Assembly: GCA_043810635.1 (NCBI GenBank) | Contig: JBDRNY010000085.1 | Span: forward strand, 1-24,924 | Direction of reading: 5' to 3' | Length of the DNA: 24,924 nt | Origin: Candidatus Micrarchaeota archaeon | Lineage (GTDB): Archaea; Micrarchaeota; Micrarchaeia; Anstonellales; Anstonellaceae | Made by a program: the position numbers and the translations under genes | Shown: piece after piece, positions 1-8,441 of the stretch | Layout: each line of letters starts with the position of its first letter | How positions within the stretch are numbered: the first letter of the stretch is position 1 | The notes under the pieces: model-generated | What the model saw: the letters and a program-made list of their open reading frames with translations, nothing else | What the model was told of the DNA's origin: nothing | Database searches by the model: none

Positions 1-128
1 GGCTTTTTTCCATACTTGTATTAACCGGAGTGGCAAATGAAAAAGAGGGAAAAAATGCAAAAGGAAAGAAAAAGCCGGATTTAATATTAAATTCAATTGC
101 AGATTTACCTGAATTCTTGCAAATTTAA
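1..128 (+). CDS. HAD-superfamily class IIA (NagD-like) hydrolase, C-terminal end (partial, enters from left edge)
   Basis: Not in ORF track. Frame from nt 3 reads LFSILVLTGVANEKEGKNAKGKKKPDLILNSIADLPEFLQI*, matching the typical HAD-IIA C-terminus (xILVLTGV...PDxxxxSIADL); TAA at 126-128. Confidence 0.8.
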   Translation, partial: LFSILVLTGVANEKEGKNAKGKKKPDLILNSIADLPEFLQI

Positions 129-140
129 AATTTTGGAAAA

Positions 141-446
141 TTACCCAAACAAATCATTAATCACATCTTCACTATTTTCACTCTTGCTTTCCCCTCCTCC
201 AAGCACAGGCGCCTCCTCCTTACTTTCCCCTTCAGAAGAATCAAACATTTGCAATGGCTGCGGAGAAACAGGAGACGGCTCGGGCTGGCTCGGCTTTTTT
301 AGCAAAGATGTTAAGCTAATATGCACTGTTTTTCCTGTTGCAGGATCACTTCCTGTAATTTCAACCTCTTCCAATTCCAGAGAAGAATCCACCTGAATAT
401 AATGCTCCTGCCCGCCTACTAAAACAGTTTTTCTTATTGATGACAT
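141..446 (-). CDS. hypothetical protein (~101 aa, acidic/Pro-rich C-terminal half)
   Basis: ORF with GGGTG SD-like sequence upstream of the ATG at 446 (track starts at GTG 458); converges on the HAD gene; no recognisable domain. Confidence 0.6.
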   Translation of the reverse strand: MSSIRKTVLVGGQEHYIQVDSSLELEEVEITGSDPATGKTVHISLTSLLKKPSQPEPSPVSPQPLQMFDSSEGESKEEAPVLGGGESKSENSEDVINDLFG

Positions 447-504
447 AAACACACCCACTTGCCCTTCGATGCTTATATTTAAAGTTTTTTGTAGATAGGA
501 TTGT

Positions 505-915
505 ATGCGCCATTATATGAAAAAGAGCAAGAACAAAGCAAGGATAATGCCAGACTCTTCTTCCACTAGTGGGATTCTTGATACCATACTGCCAAGGATG
601 AAAGTATCAAAGGAGGAAAAAGAGGCTTTTGCAGAGCTTTCTGCATATCTGCAAGCGATAGATGCGTTTATTGAAGAAGACAAACCGGTTTTTGATAAAA
701 AACTCAGCTTGTTTTTTGTAGAGGGGGAAACAAAGTATAAAACCAGATGGAAGAAAAATCCCGACAATTATCTCGGCTACTGTGTTTATGCAAAGTTTTG
801 CCTCTCATTAAAGCCTTTTCTTGAAAAGAGGATAACGCGCCTCCTTGCAGAAATTTATGATGAGGGGGTAGCAATATTCGGAAAAGAAAAGGTAGATAAA
901 ATTTTCAGAAAATAA
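505..915 (+). CDS. hypothetical protein (136 aa)
   Basis: ORF follows TATA-like TATTTAAAG (~476-484) and ends 1 nt from the glmS stop; no family recognised; start uncertain. Confidence 0.6.
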   Translation: MRHYMKKSKNKARIMPDSSSTSGILDTILPRMKVSKEEKEAFAELSAYLQAIDAFIEEDKPVFDKKLSLFFVEGETKYKTRWKKNPDNYLGYCVYAKFCLSLKPFLEKRITRLLAEIYDEGVAIFGKEKVDKIFRK

Positions 916-916
916 T

Positions 917-2674
917 CTACTCCACCGTCACACTCTTGGCTAAATTTCTCGGCATATCTGGATCCCGGCCCATTTTTACCGCCATATAATAAGAAAGCAG
1001 CTGCAATGGCACAATATAATAAATAGGAATGAATTCTTCTTCAAATTTTGGCATTTTTAATTTCATGTTTCCATTATTCAATGTTTTCTCATCATCTGAC
1101 ATTACAATTATCTTTGCCCCCCTGGCTTTGCACTCTTGGATGTTTCCCTGCATTTTCCTGAGCATTTTTCCGCTGGGCGCAATTGCAAATATTACAACAT
1201 CATCCTGCAGCAAAGAAAGAGGGCCGTGCTTCAGCTCCCCGCCGGGATATGCTTCAGCATGCAAATATGTAACTTCTTTTAATTTCAATGCCCCTTCAAG
1301 CGCGCAAGGATATCCAATTCCCCTTGCAATAAAAAAGAAATCTTTGTATTTTACCAATTCCTCAGCTAACTTCCTTACCTCTTCATCAGTTTCCTTCAAT
1401 ATCCCCTTTATTTTCCCGGGAATTTCATGCAATTTTTCAAGCATTTCCCTGTTTCCTGAAAGAGTATATGCAATTTTATACAAAACAGCCAGCTGCCCCA
1501 AAAAGCTTTTTGTTGCAAGCACCCCTATTTCAGGCCCCACACCTATAAACACGCTTTCATCGGCCTCCCTTGTAACCGACGAGCCCACAACATTTGTTAT
1601 TGCAATTATTTTTGCCCCGTCTTCTTTTCCATCCCTTATTGCAGAAAGGGTGTCAGCAGTTTCTCCTGACTGGGTTATTGCAACTATTACATCCTCCTTC
1701 CCTGTTTTCCATGAAAAATATTCTGATGCAATATAAGAAGCAGCATTTATGCCATGCTTGTGCAAGAGATATTCAAACACTTTTCCTGCATAATAAGATG
1801 TTCCGCACCCGATTATTGCAATATTCTTTGCATTTTTCAATAATTTTATTGCTTTATCAACATTTGCCCCAATAGATGCAGAAAGCGCCTCAGGCTGCTC
1901 CAATATTTCCTTTATCATAAAATGCGCATGCCCTCCTTTTTCCGCCATCTTGCTTGTCCAGTCAACATGAATCTCTTCCCTTTTCCCTTCTTTCATTTCA
2001 AAATCCCATATTTTGCATCCCTTCTCATCTATTTCAGCAAAATCCCCGTCATTTAACAATACAAAATTCTTTGTATAATCCAGCAATGCAGGAATATCTG
2101 ATGCAAAAAACATCTCCCCCTCCCCTTTGCCTATAATAAGAGGGGCATGCTTTCTTGCAGCATAAATTTTATTTTCCCCTGCCACCATTATTCCAAGTGC
2201 ATATGCCCCCTCAATCTGCTTCACAGCATTATAAACAGCCTTCATAACATCCTTCTCTTCCCTTAATTCAAGGGAAATAAGGTGGGCAACCAATTCAGTA
2301 TCAGTATCACTTTTCAGATTTATTTTTGCAGAAATTATTTTTTCTTTTAATTTTGCAAAATTTTCAATTATTCCATTATGCACCAGCACAACTTCCCCTT
2401 TTTCATCTGAATGGGGATGCGCATTTCTTTCACATGGCGGCCCGTGGGTAGCCCATCTTGTATGCCCTATGCCGATATTTCCTTCAAGAGAAAGAAAATT
2501 CTTTTTTTTGTGAATTTCCTTTATTTTGCCTTCCCCTTTTATTATTGAAATTTTTCCTTTATTTATTGCGGCAATGCCTGCAGAATCATACCCTCTGTAT
2601 TCAATTCTTCCCAACCCCTGCAATATGACTTCTGACGCCTTCCTTTTTCCAATATACCCAATAATTCCGCACAT
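917..2674 (-). CDS. glmS: glutamine--fructose-6-phosphate transaminase (isomerizing)
   Basis: N-terminal MCGIIG (catalytic Cys), EYRGYDSAG, GHTRWATHG, HNGIIEN, two SIS domains, C-terminal PRNLAKSVTVE. Confidence 0.98.
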   Translation of the reverse strand: MCGIIGYIGKRKASEVILQGLGRIEYRGYDSAGIAAINKGKISIIKGEGKIKEIHKKKNFLSLEGNIGIGHTRWATHGPPCERNAHPHSDEKGEVVLVHNGIIENFAKLKEKIISAKINLKSDTDTELVAHLISLELREEKDVMKAVYNAVKQIEGAYALGIMVAGENKIYAARKHAPLIIGKGEGEMFFASDIPALLDYTKNFVLLNDGDFAEIDEKGCKIWDFEMKEGKREEIHVDWTSKMAEKGGHAHFMIKEILEQPEALSASIGANVDKAIKLLKNAKNIAIIGCGTSYYAGKVFEYLLHKHGINAASYIASEYFSWKTGKEDVIVAITQSGETADTLSAIRDGKEDGAKIIAITNVVGSSVTREADESVFIGVGPEIGVLATKSFLGQLAVLYKIAYTLSGNREMLEKLHEIPGKIKGILKETDEEVRKLAEELVKYKDFFFIARGIGYPCALEGALKLKEVTYLHAEAYPGGELKHGPLSLLQDDVVIFAIAPSGKMLRKMQGNIQECKARGAKIIVMSDDEKTLNNGNMKLKMPKFEEEFIPIYYIVPLQLLSYYMAVKMGRDPDMPRNLAKSVTVE

Positions 2675-2749
2675 CTAAACCAAACCCGATATCTGAATTT
2701 TTTTATTTGCAGATTTGCATATAATTTCTGATTCCCTTGCCGATTTTGC

Positions 2750-2944
2750 TCATTCTATCCTTCTTGCATTTGCATAAGTTCTTGCGCATTTTTCAATTAT
2801 CACTTTTATCCTGCTTCCAACCTCTGCTTTTTCAACAAATATGACAAAATCATCTATTTTTGCTATTCCCTGCCCTCCCTGCCCCTGCGCATCTATGCTG
2901 ACCATAAGCTTATCGCCTACATCCACAGGAGGGCGGATATTCAA
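2750..2944 (-). CDS. stand-alone TRAM domain RNA-binding protein
   Basis: PPVxxGD...V.I...G.GG.GIAKIDDFVIFV.....G....V.I......YA.A matches archaeal single-TRAM proteins; TTG start preceded by GGTGA at 4 nt spacing. Confidence 0.9.
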   Translation of the reverse strand: MNIRPPVDVGDKLMVSIDAQGQGGQGIAKIDDFVIFVEKAEVGSRIKVIIEKCARTYANARRIE

Positions 2945-3032
2945 TGCTTCACCAAATTGTTTTTCCTTCCCTACCCTCTTAAAGTTTCTGTTTCTCTCTC
3001 GTATCCCCCCCGCTGCAAAGGGTTGGGGGATT

Positions 3033-3042
3033 GTTTAAATAC
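3033..3042. promoter_or_regulatory. probable bidirectional TATA box (GTTTAAATAC) between TRAM gene and acidic peptide gene
   Basis: TTTAAATA on + and TTTAAAC on - between divergent genes. Confidence 0.5.
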
Positions 3043-3088
3043 TTATGTGCTTCATAATCAAGCGTTGGCTTGTAGCCAGGTGATGCTT

Positions 3089-3196
3089 ATGGATTGGAAT
3101 CACATTTTCAAAATGGTAGATGACGAAGACGACGAAGTGTTTGATGACGAAGAGCAAGAATTTGACGAAGACTGGGATGACGAAGAGGAAGAGTAA
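3089..3196 (+). CDS. small hyper-acidic protein (35 aa)
   Basis: MDWNHIFKMVDDEDDEVFDDEEQEFDEDWDDEEEE; AGGTGA SD 5 nt before ATG 3089; upstream TATA; downstream T-tracts. Confidence 0.7.
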   Translation: MDWNHIFKMVDDEDDEVFDDEEQEFDEDWDDEEEE

Positions 3197-3200
3197 TCAG

Positions 3201-3222
3201 CTTCTTTTTTCTCCTATTTTTT
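3201..3222 (+). terminator. archaeal oligo-T terminator candidate
   Basis: CTTCTTTTTTCTCCTATTTTTT right after the stop at 3196. Confidence 0.5.
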
Positions 3223-3269
3223 GATTTCCACATGGATACATTATTAAACACTATTTACTATATTTCTAT

Positions 3270-3764
3270 ATGCAATCATCAAAGATACTAAGTGGGTCGA
3301 GGTTCTTGTCTAAACAAAGACTTCGTGTCAGTTGTTTTCTTGCAAAGATATTTAGAGGGCTTAAGGGGAAAAAATACTCCAAAGAGCTTGCAGATGAGCG
3401 CTCAAAACCTGACGATGTTCAAAAAATCCCTCAGAAATTACCAGAAGAGAAAACCAAAATTCCTCCTGCCAAAAAAATAATTGTTGAGGGGTTTGAGGCA
3501 AGGCCGGATGAAATTTATGATCCAATTGCCGAAGAGCTGATATTAACCAACAATATAATTGAATCTATGGAAAAAGGGCATAAGCCCTATGAAAAAGTCT
3601 GGGGAAAAAAAATAAGATATGCAAGAACAGACGCAAGCGAAGAGCCCTATGATGCAGAACAGCCCCTGTACAACGTTCCTTTCAAAAAGGCTAAAAAGCC
3701 ATTAATCGTGCCTCCTGATATGGACAGGGACGAGCCCCCGCAATTTTGGCTGGAAGATATTTAG
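3270..3764 (+). CDS. hypothetical protein (164 aa, Lys/Pro/Glu-rich)
   Basis: ORF fills the gap; AT-rich TATA-like TTATTAAA about 29 nt upstream suggests a leaderless start; no family recognised. Confidence 0.55.
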   Translation: MQSSKILSGSRFLSKQRLRVSCFLAKIFRGLKGKKYSKELADERSKPDDVQKIPQKLPEEKTKIPPAKKIIVEGFEARPDEIYDPIAEELILTNNIIESMEKGHKPYEKVWGKKIRYARTDASEEPYDAEQPLYNVPFKKAKKPLIVPPDMDRDEPPQFWLEDI

Positions 3765-3772
3765 AAGCCGAC

Positions 3773-3806
3773 CACTGGAAACCTACCCCCTCCAACCGTT
3801 TAAATA
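3773..3806 (+). promoter_or_regulatory. shared upstream motif + TATA box, copy 1
   Basis: CACTGGAAACCTACCCCCTCCAACCG then TTTAAATA (3799-3806); 28/35 identical to the copy at 9506. Confidence 0.75.
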
Positions 3807-3839
3807 GGACTAAAACTCTTCTTTCTTCAGGCGATTGGA

Positions 3840-4109
3840 ATGTTGGTTGAAGATGAGGTAATACATTGGTGGAAGGACGAAGCAGGCACCTCCCACCGAA
3901 ATGCCCTAAGAATTGAAAGGGAAAATGCATCCGAATCAAACGGCTTTCCCAGAGATGGTGTGGTAGTAGTAAGGCTGTTAAATAGCGCAAGCCAGCAATC
4001 CATTCGCCTCTCCCCAGATGAGGCATTAAGATTATCCACCCAATTATTGGCAGTTGCCAAAGAGCTGCTTAATCAAAAAAGAAGATTGTGGCAGACTCAT
4101 GACGGCTAG
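3840..4109 (+). CDS. hypothetical protein (89 aa), beta-strands plus C-terminal helix; possible PC4/whirly-like nucleic-acid-binding fold
   Basis: ORF with GGCGA SD-like site and its own promoter; pattern VVVVRL...SIRLSPDEALRL; the fold call is inference only. Confidence 0.7.
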   Translation: MLVEDEVIHWWKDEAGTSHRNALRIERENASESNGFPRDGVVVVRLLNSASQQSIRLSPDEALRLSTQLLAVAKELLNQKRRLWQTHDG

Positions 4110-4138
4110 TATTCAAATTTCGGGAGAATCTGGTTTAT

Positions 4139-4936
4139 CTATTCTTTCCCCGCCTCTTTCCCCTTTATTGCCTTTCTCAATATATCCAATTCATTTTCAA
4201 AATTCCCGTTGCACACCTGCTTGGCAGACATTTCAATTGCATTCACCCCTGCAACAACAAGGGAGCGTATGTCTTTTGCACTGCTGATTCCGTTTGCAGA
4301 AATAACCGGCCTTCCAGTTTTGTTTTTCAGCAAAGTGCTTATTGTAATAGAAATATCTGCATCACTTCCGTTCGGCCCGATATTGTCAATCAATATTACA
4401 TCTGCCTCGGATTTTTTAGCCTCCCCAAGCTCCTGCGCATTTTTAATTTCCATCACAGCTTCCAAATCCTGCTCATGTGCAATTTCAATCAATTCATGAA
4501 AATCCACGCCCGCATAATTCAGCAGCGGCATTGAAAGAATTACTGCATCCCCGCCGACAATCTGCCTTGAATCAATTATCCAGTCTTTTGCAATTATCGG
4601 TATTGGGGATTTTTTTGAAAGCCACCTCAAATCCCCTGCATGATATTTCGGCTCAACCCATACATCCACCGCGCTCAAATCATATAATGTGGACAATTTG
4701 TCAATCATTTCCCCTGCTTTTTTCCTGTTTGGAAAAAGAAGCCCTCCCTGCGGCCAGGCGGTTGAAATTTCGGCAATAATAGGCAATGTGCCTTCATCCT
4801 GCGTCTTTTCTATATATTCGCAAATAGATTTTTTTTCCCTTCTCGCAGGCGCAAGCCTTTCATAATACCCGGATTCAACAGTATTTTTTATGCTTTGTAT
4901 TATTTCCTCTACATTTTTCATAGAATCATCTTCCAT
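4139..4936 (-). CDS. divergent indole-3-glycerol-phosphate synthase (TrpC)-like TIM-barrel protein
   Basis: PIIAE, EPKY..G, PIIAKDWIID..QI, GDAVIL, L..VMEI, SxxGI motifs recognisable but several catalytic residues altered; start probably ATG 4936 or 4921 rather than the track's 4978. Confidence 0.8.
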   Translation of the reverse strand: MEDDSMKNVEEIIQSIKNTVESGYYERLAPARREKKSICEYIEKTQDEGTLPIIAEISTAWPQGGLLFPNRKKAGEMIDKLSTLYDLSAVDVWVEPKYHAGDLRWLSKKSPIPIIAKDWIIDSRQIVGGDAVILSMPLLNYAGVDFHELIEIAHEQDLEAVMEIKNAQELGEAKKSEADVILIDNIGPNGSDADISITISTLLKNKTGRPVISANGISSAKDIRSLVVAGVNAIEMSAKQVCNGNFENELDILRKAIKGKEAGKE

Positions 4937-4949
4937 GTGTTTGCTGAAA

Positions 4950-5387
4950 TTATTTGCATTCTTTTGGCGGATTTTCAAATTGCAGGCATATCCATTCCTT
5001 TACTTCCTCTTTATTTCTTTTTCCTACAAGCATTGCCTCGCCTTTGCTCCCGCGGGCAATAAGGGTCGGAAACCCCCCAAACAAATTCCTTCCCTTATAA
5101 TCCGAATAAATTTCCGTGGTTTTCGCATCACTCCCTCTCAATGCTTCATCCCATATCACAAGGTTTGCATGCCCCGGCATTTCATTTGCAACTTCTTCTG
5201 TAATAATTTTTGCCTCCCCGCAATATTCGCACCATTCCGCGTGCATCAAATCCAAATGAACCGTTTCCTCAACTTCCTTGTCAGCACCACATCCCGGCAT
5301 TCCGGAATAGATTGACAAAATTTCAAGCGCAATAAATATCAGCAATATTGCAACAGAAAGTGTTAGCAAGGTAATATCATTGCGCAT
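4950..5387 (-). CDS. membrane-anchored thioredoxin-fold protein
   Basis: N-terminal hydrophobic helix, WCEYC (CxxC) motif, GFPTL cis-Pro motif. Confidence 0.85.
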   Translation of the reverse strand: MRNDITLLTLSVAILLIFIALEILSIYSGMPGCGADKEVEETVHLDLMHAEWCEYCGEAKIITEEVANEMPGHANLVIWDEALRGSDAKTTEIYSDYKGRNLFGGFPTLIARGSKGEAMLVGKRNKEEVKEWICLQFENPPKECK

Positions 5388-5415
5388 CAAAATACCGATT
5401 ATACAATATGTTTAA

Positions 5416-7413
5416 TTATTTTAAAGCACTCTGGTCGGTTTTTCTTGGCTTGTATGCTGTTGTTCCAAAAATATGGCCCAAATTTCTCTGCCCCCTCTTT
5501 CTTTCAATCATTATTCCCGCCCTCAGAACTTCCCCCACGCTCCATGCCTGCGCAGGGCACCCCCTTCTTTCCAATGCCTGGGGGTCATACACCTCTGTTA
5601 AAGATAAAAGCGCCCCCTGCTTTGAATTAAGCATAGGCTCAACCCCTCTCCAAATTTCATTCATTCTTTCAGGGAAAATTTTGAGCCATGCTTCTGCATA
5701 CGCTCCGCTAAGCCAGGGCCATATCGCCCCCTGATGATAGCTCAAATCCCTCTCCTTCATATTCCCCCCATATTTTCCCCTGTATTCAGGCTCTCCTTGT
5801 GCAAGCGTTCTTATTCCTTTTCCGCTCACCCAAAGCTTTGATGAAATTTCCCTCATAGCATTTCTTGCCTGCACCTCTTTTATTCCAACATCTTCAATTG
5901 CAAGCGCCCACAATTGATTCGGCCTCATTTTTCCGTCTTCCGGCTCTATTCCGTCATACAAATACCCTAAATTTTCTGCATAAAATTTTTCCATGCTATA
6001 TTTTGCATTTCCAAGCACATCTTCAAATTTTTCACTGCTTTTCCCATCCCCCGCTTTTTCAGCCCATCTTGATGCATTATTCAATGCATTTATCCAAAGC
6101 GCGTTTATTTCCACCCTTTTCCCTTTCCTCGGAGTAACCGCTTTTCCGTTCACTTGCGCATCCATCCATGTAAGCCTTTCTTTTTTTAATACAGCCAATC
6201 CGTCCTTGTCAATTTTCACAAACCTGTTTCCCTTAACCCATTCCCCCATTGCTTTCCTTATTTTCGGCCACCATTTTTTCAAATCCTCGTCATTCACCCC
6301 CCTCTCTTTTTCCAATTCTGTTATTGCCCAAACCATCCAAAGCATCCCGTCTGCAGATTCATAAGCCGGATTTCCATTTTCATCAAACCTGTTTGGCAGC
6401 ATTCCATCTTTCAAATATTCTATCCATTTTGAAATAATATTTCTTGCAAGCGCATGCCTGCCAGTGTATGCGCAAATTCCTGGCAAAGCTATCATAGTAT
6501 CCCTTCCCCACTCCCCGAAATACGGATATCCTGCCAAAATTCCATACTCTTTTTCTTTTCCGATTACAAATTGGGCCGAACCCCTTACAAGCGCTTCCAA
6601 TTTTCCTGTCAATATCCCCCCGCTATGCCCTTTGAATTGGTTGACAATTCCTTCCATCTGCTCTGTTGCATATTCCGGCTCAAAAAACCTTTCCTCCCCC
6701 ATCTCCCCTATTTTCAAAGTTATATGCTGGCCTTCCTGCAAAAGGGTTGCAAAATGCCCAGGGCAGGCCAAATCTTCCTTAAATTTCTCCTCCCTTCCTC
6801 TTTCAACCGGATACAAAAAATTGTAATACACTTCCTGCCTTGGGACAAACGCCCCCCTGTCAGCATTTACCCCCCACATAAAAGGATATTTGAAATTTAC
6901 CCCTCCCTCATCACTCATTCCCATTTTTGCATTTGCATCCAGCCCTATTGAATGCACATTTCTTGCATTTACAAAAGGAAACAATTCAATACCGGTATTC
7001 TGCCCCTGCAGCAAACTATATCTTGCATAAACAATATTTTTCCCCCTCTCGCACCAAACTTCTTTTGCAATCCTTCTTCCCCCCACTTCAAAAGCCCATC
7101 TTGCAACAGCTCCGTCAAAATAAAAGTTTGCAATATGCTTCCACCCTTTCGGATGCACTGTATTCGGATAAAAATTAGATGAAAGCGGAATCCTCCTCCC
7201 CCCAATAACAGCAAACTCTTCCAATTTTGAAACTAAAAGCCATCTTTTTTCAGCATTCGGATGCGCCCCAACAAACAATCCATGATATTTTCTTGTATTT
7301 GCCCCGCTCACAGTGCCAGAAGCCCATCCCCCTATTCCGTTTCCAATCCACCACTCACTATCATTCATTTTGGAAAAATTAGATTCATTATTTCCTTTTT
7401 GCGGGATTGGCAT
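5416..7413 (-). CDS. glycogen debranching enzyme, archaeal type (amylo-alpha-1,6-glucosidase)
   Basis: EW..GNG.GG.ASGT..GANTRKYHGL, AGYPYFGEWGRDTMI, LTWMDA, TPR.GK.VEINALW, RPNQ, YHQG..WPWL, GCPAQAWSV.E motifs. Confidence 0.95.
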   Translation of the reverse strand: MPIPQKGNNESNFSKMNDSEWWIGNGIGGWASGTVSGANTRKYHGLFVGAHPNAEKRWLLVSKLEEFAVIGGRRIPLSSNFYPNTVHPKGWKHIANFYFDGAVARWAFEVGGRRIAKEVWCERGKNIVYARYSLLQGQNTGIELFPFVNARNVHSIGLDANAKMGMSDEGGVNFKYPFMWGVNADRGAFVPRQEVYYNFLYPVERGREEKFKEDLACPGHFATLLQEGQHITLKIGEMGEERFFEPEYATEQMEGIVNQFKGHSGGILTGKLEALVRGSAQFVIGKEKEYGILAGYPYFGEWGRDTMIALPGICAYTGRHALARNIISKWIEYLKDGMLPNRFDENGNPAYESADGMLWMVWAITELEKERGVNDEDLKKWWPKIRKAMGEWVKGNRFVKIDKDGLAVLKKERLTWMDAQVNGKAVTPRKGKRVEINALWINALNNASRWAEKAGDGKSSEKFEDVLGNAKYSMEKFYAENLGYLYDGIEPEDGKMRPNQLWALAIEDVGIKEVQARNAMREISSKLWVSGKGIRTLAQGEPEYRGKYGGNMKERDLSYHQGAIWPWLSGAYAEAWLKIFPERMNEIWRGVEPMLNSKQGALLSLTEVYDPQALERRGCPAQAWSVGEVLRAGIMIERKRGQRNLGHIFGTTAYKPRKTDQSALK

Positions 7414-7443
7414 GCCATACTCAGCACAATATTTAATAAAAAT

Positions 7444-8004
7444 CTATTGCAATCCTTCAGGTTTGCTTCCCGTTTTTGCATCTATAATATCCAGCATTTT
7501 TTTCAATTCTGTTTTCGCCTTTCCATCCTCTAGCACTCCTGCTTTTTCCACCTGCCTCAGCCTAATCCAGCTTTTCACCTTCCCAATCAAAATCCTCTTT
7601 GTTTCATCCTCCTTGACTTTCCCTGACAAGATGCATTCAACCGCCTGCTTTTCAGATGTAATCCATTCCACGGTTTCAATTTCCGATTTTCCTGAAAGCT
7701 TGCCGCTTTCTATACTCTCTTTTGCGATTTTTTCCAGATCCTTCTTCATCTTGTTTATCTTTGTTTTCTTTACTTCCATATCTCTCCATTCATTTTTGTC
7801 AATGAGACAGAAAGAAGGGATATGTGGATTTTCTTTTATTATCTCCCACACAACCAGCCCTTTTGCAAGTCCAAAGAAAATACTGTCTCTCGGAATGCTT
7901 GAGCCTCTTGGTACAAGCCAAGAGAAATCCTGTGGCTTGTATATTTTTATTTTTTGTTTCTTAGAAGCTTTTGAATTTTGCATTGTATTCTGCGTTTTTT
8001 GCAT
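7444..8004 (-). CDS. hypothetical protein (186 aa)
   Basis: AGGTGG SD upstream; 8 nt downstream of the pth2 stop, same strand; no family recognised. Confidence 0.7.
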   Translation of the reverse strand: MQKTQNTMQNSKASKKQKIKIYKPQDFSWLVPRGSSIPRDSIFFGLAKGLVVWEIIKENPHIPSFCLIDKNEWRDMEVKKTKINKMKKDLEKIAKESIESGKLSGKSEIETVEWITSEKQAVECILSGKVKEDETKRILIGKVKSWIRLRQVEKAGVLEDGKAKTELKKMLDIIDAKTGSKPEGLQ

Positions 8005-8012
8005 TCATCCAC

Positions 8013-8387
8013 CTAAAGCAATTTCAATTCCCCTGTAATTTTGTCAATTTCCCCAGCTCTCCCAGGCCCGATTCCAACACATGTTTTGGTGCCTGGCAAA
8101 ATTTGTGTTTTTCCCGCATCTGTAATCAATGAAGCAGGCAATCCCCTCTCTTTTGCTTTCTGAAATATTTCAATCAATTCTTTTTCCCCCTCCACTTTTA
8201 CAACGCTTTTTCCCATCCCATTTCCCAACCATTCTTTTGCAATTTCCTTTTCTTTCTTTTCGCATTTCAAATAAGCGTCTATTGATGCATGCGCAACCTG
8301 CACAGCCATTTTCCCTTTCCCTATTTGCAAATCATTTCTTACAACCATTACCTGCTTTATTTCATCTGCTTCTGAAGTTGATGCCAT
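8013..8387 (-). CDS. pth2: peptidyl-tRNA hydrolase, archaeal/eukaryal type
   Basis: KQV.VVR.DL..GKGK.A.QVAHA, K.VVKV, I.DAG.TQI.PGT.TC.GIGP, ID.ITG.LKLL. Confidence 0.97.
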   Translation of the reverse strand: MASTSEADEIKQVMVVRNDLQIGKGKMAVQVAHASIDAYLKCEKKEKEIAKEWLGNGMGKSVVKVEGEKELIEIFQKAKERGLPASLITDAGKTQILPGTKTCVGIGPGRAGEIDKITGELKLL

Positions 8388-8420
8388 AGTGGAATGTTAC
8401 CCTCCTCATATTCTTAAACG
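8387..8420 (+). promoter_or_regulatory. shared upstream motif + weak TATA, copy 2 (degenerate), before nurA
   Basis: TAGTGGAATGTTACCCTCCTCATATT then CTTAAACG at the same 26-nt offset; ATG 29 nt after the start of the box (leaderless geometry). Confidence 0.55.
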
Positions 8421-8441
8421 CTCTCTCACAATATTCATAAT

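Noticed and set aside
1029..1736. 235-aa plus-strand ORF and similar Phe/Ser/Leu-rich ORFs (e.g. 7313-8038, 12664-13218, 22532-23245)
   Set aside because: They overlap well-supported genes on the opposite strand and have typical antisense composition.
2675..2749. glmS ribozyme upstream of glmS
   Set aside because: Only 75 nt of AT-rich spacer with no recognisable ribozyme core; too short, and that ribozyme is a bacterial element.
2957..3088. N-terminal part of the 79-aa track ORF 2957-3196
   Set aside because: It spans the TRAM leader and shared TATA; the SD supports a start at 3089 instead.
4139..4936. Assigning the symbol trpC
   Set aside because: Several catalytic and phosphate-binding residues are substituted and there is no trp operon context.
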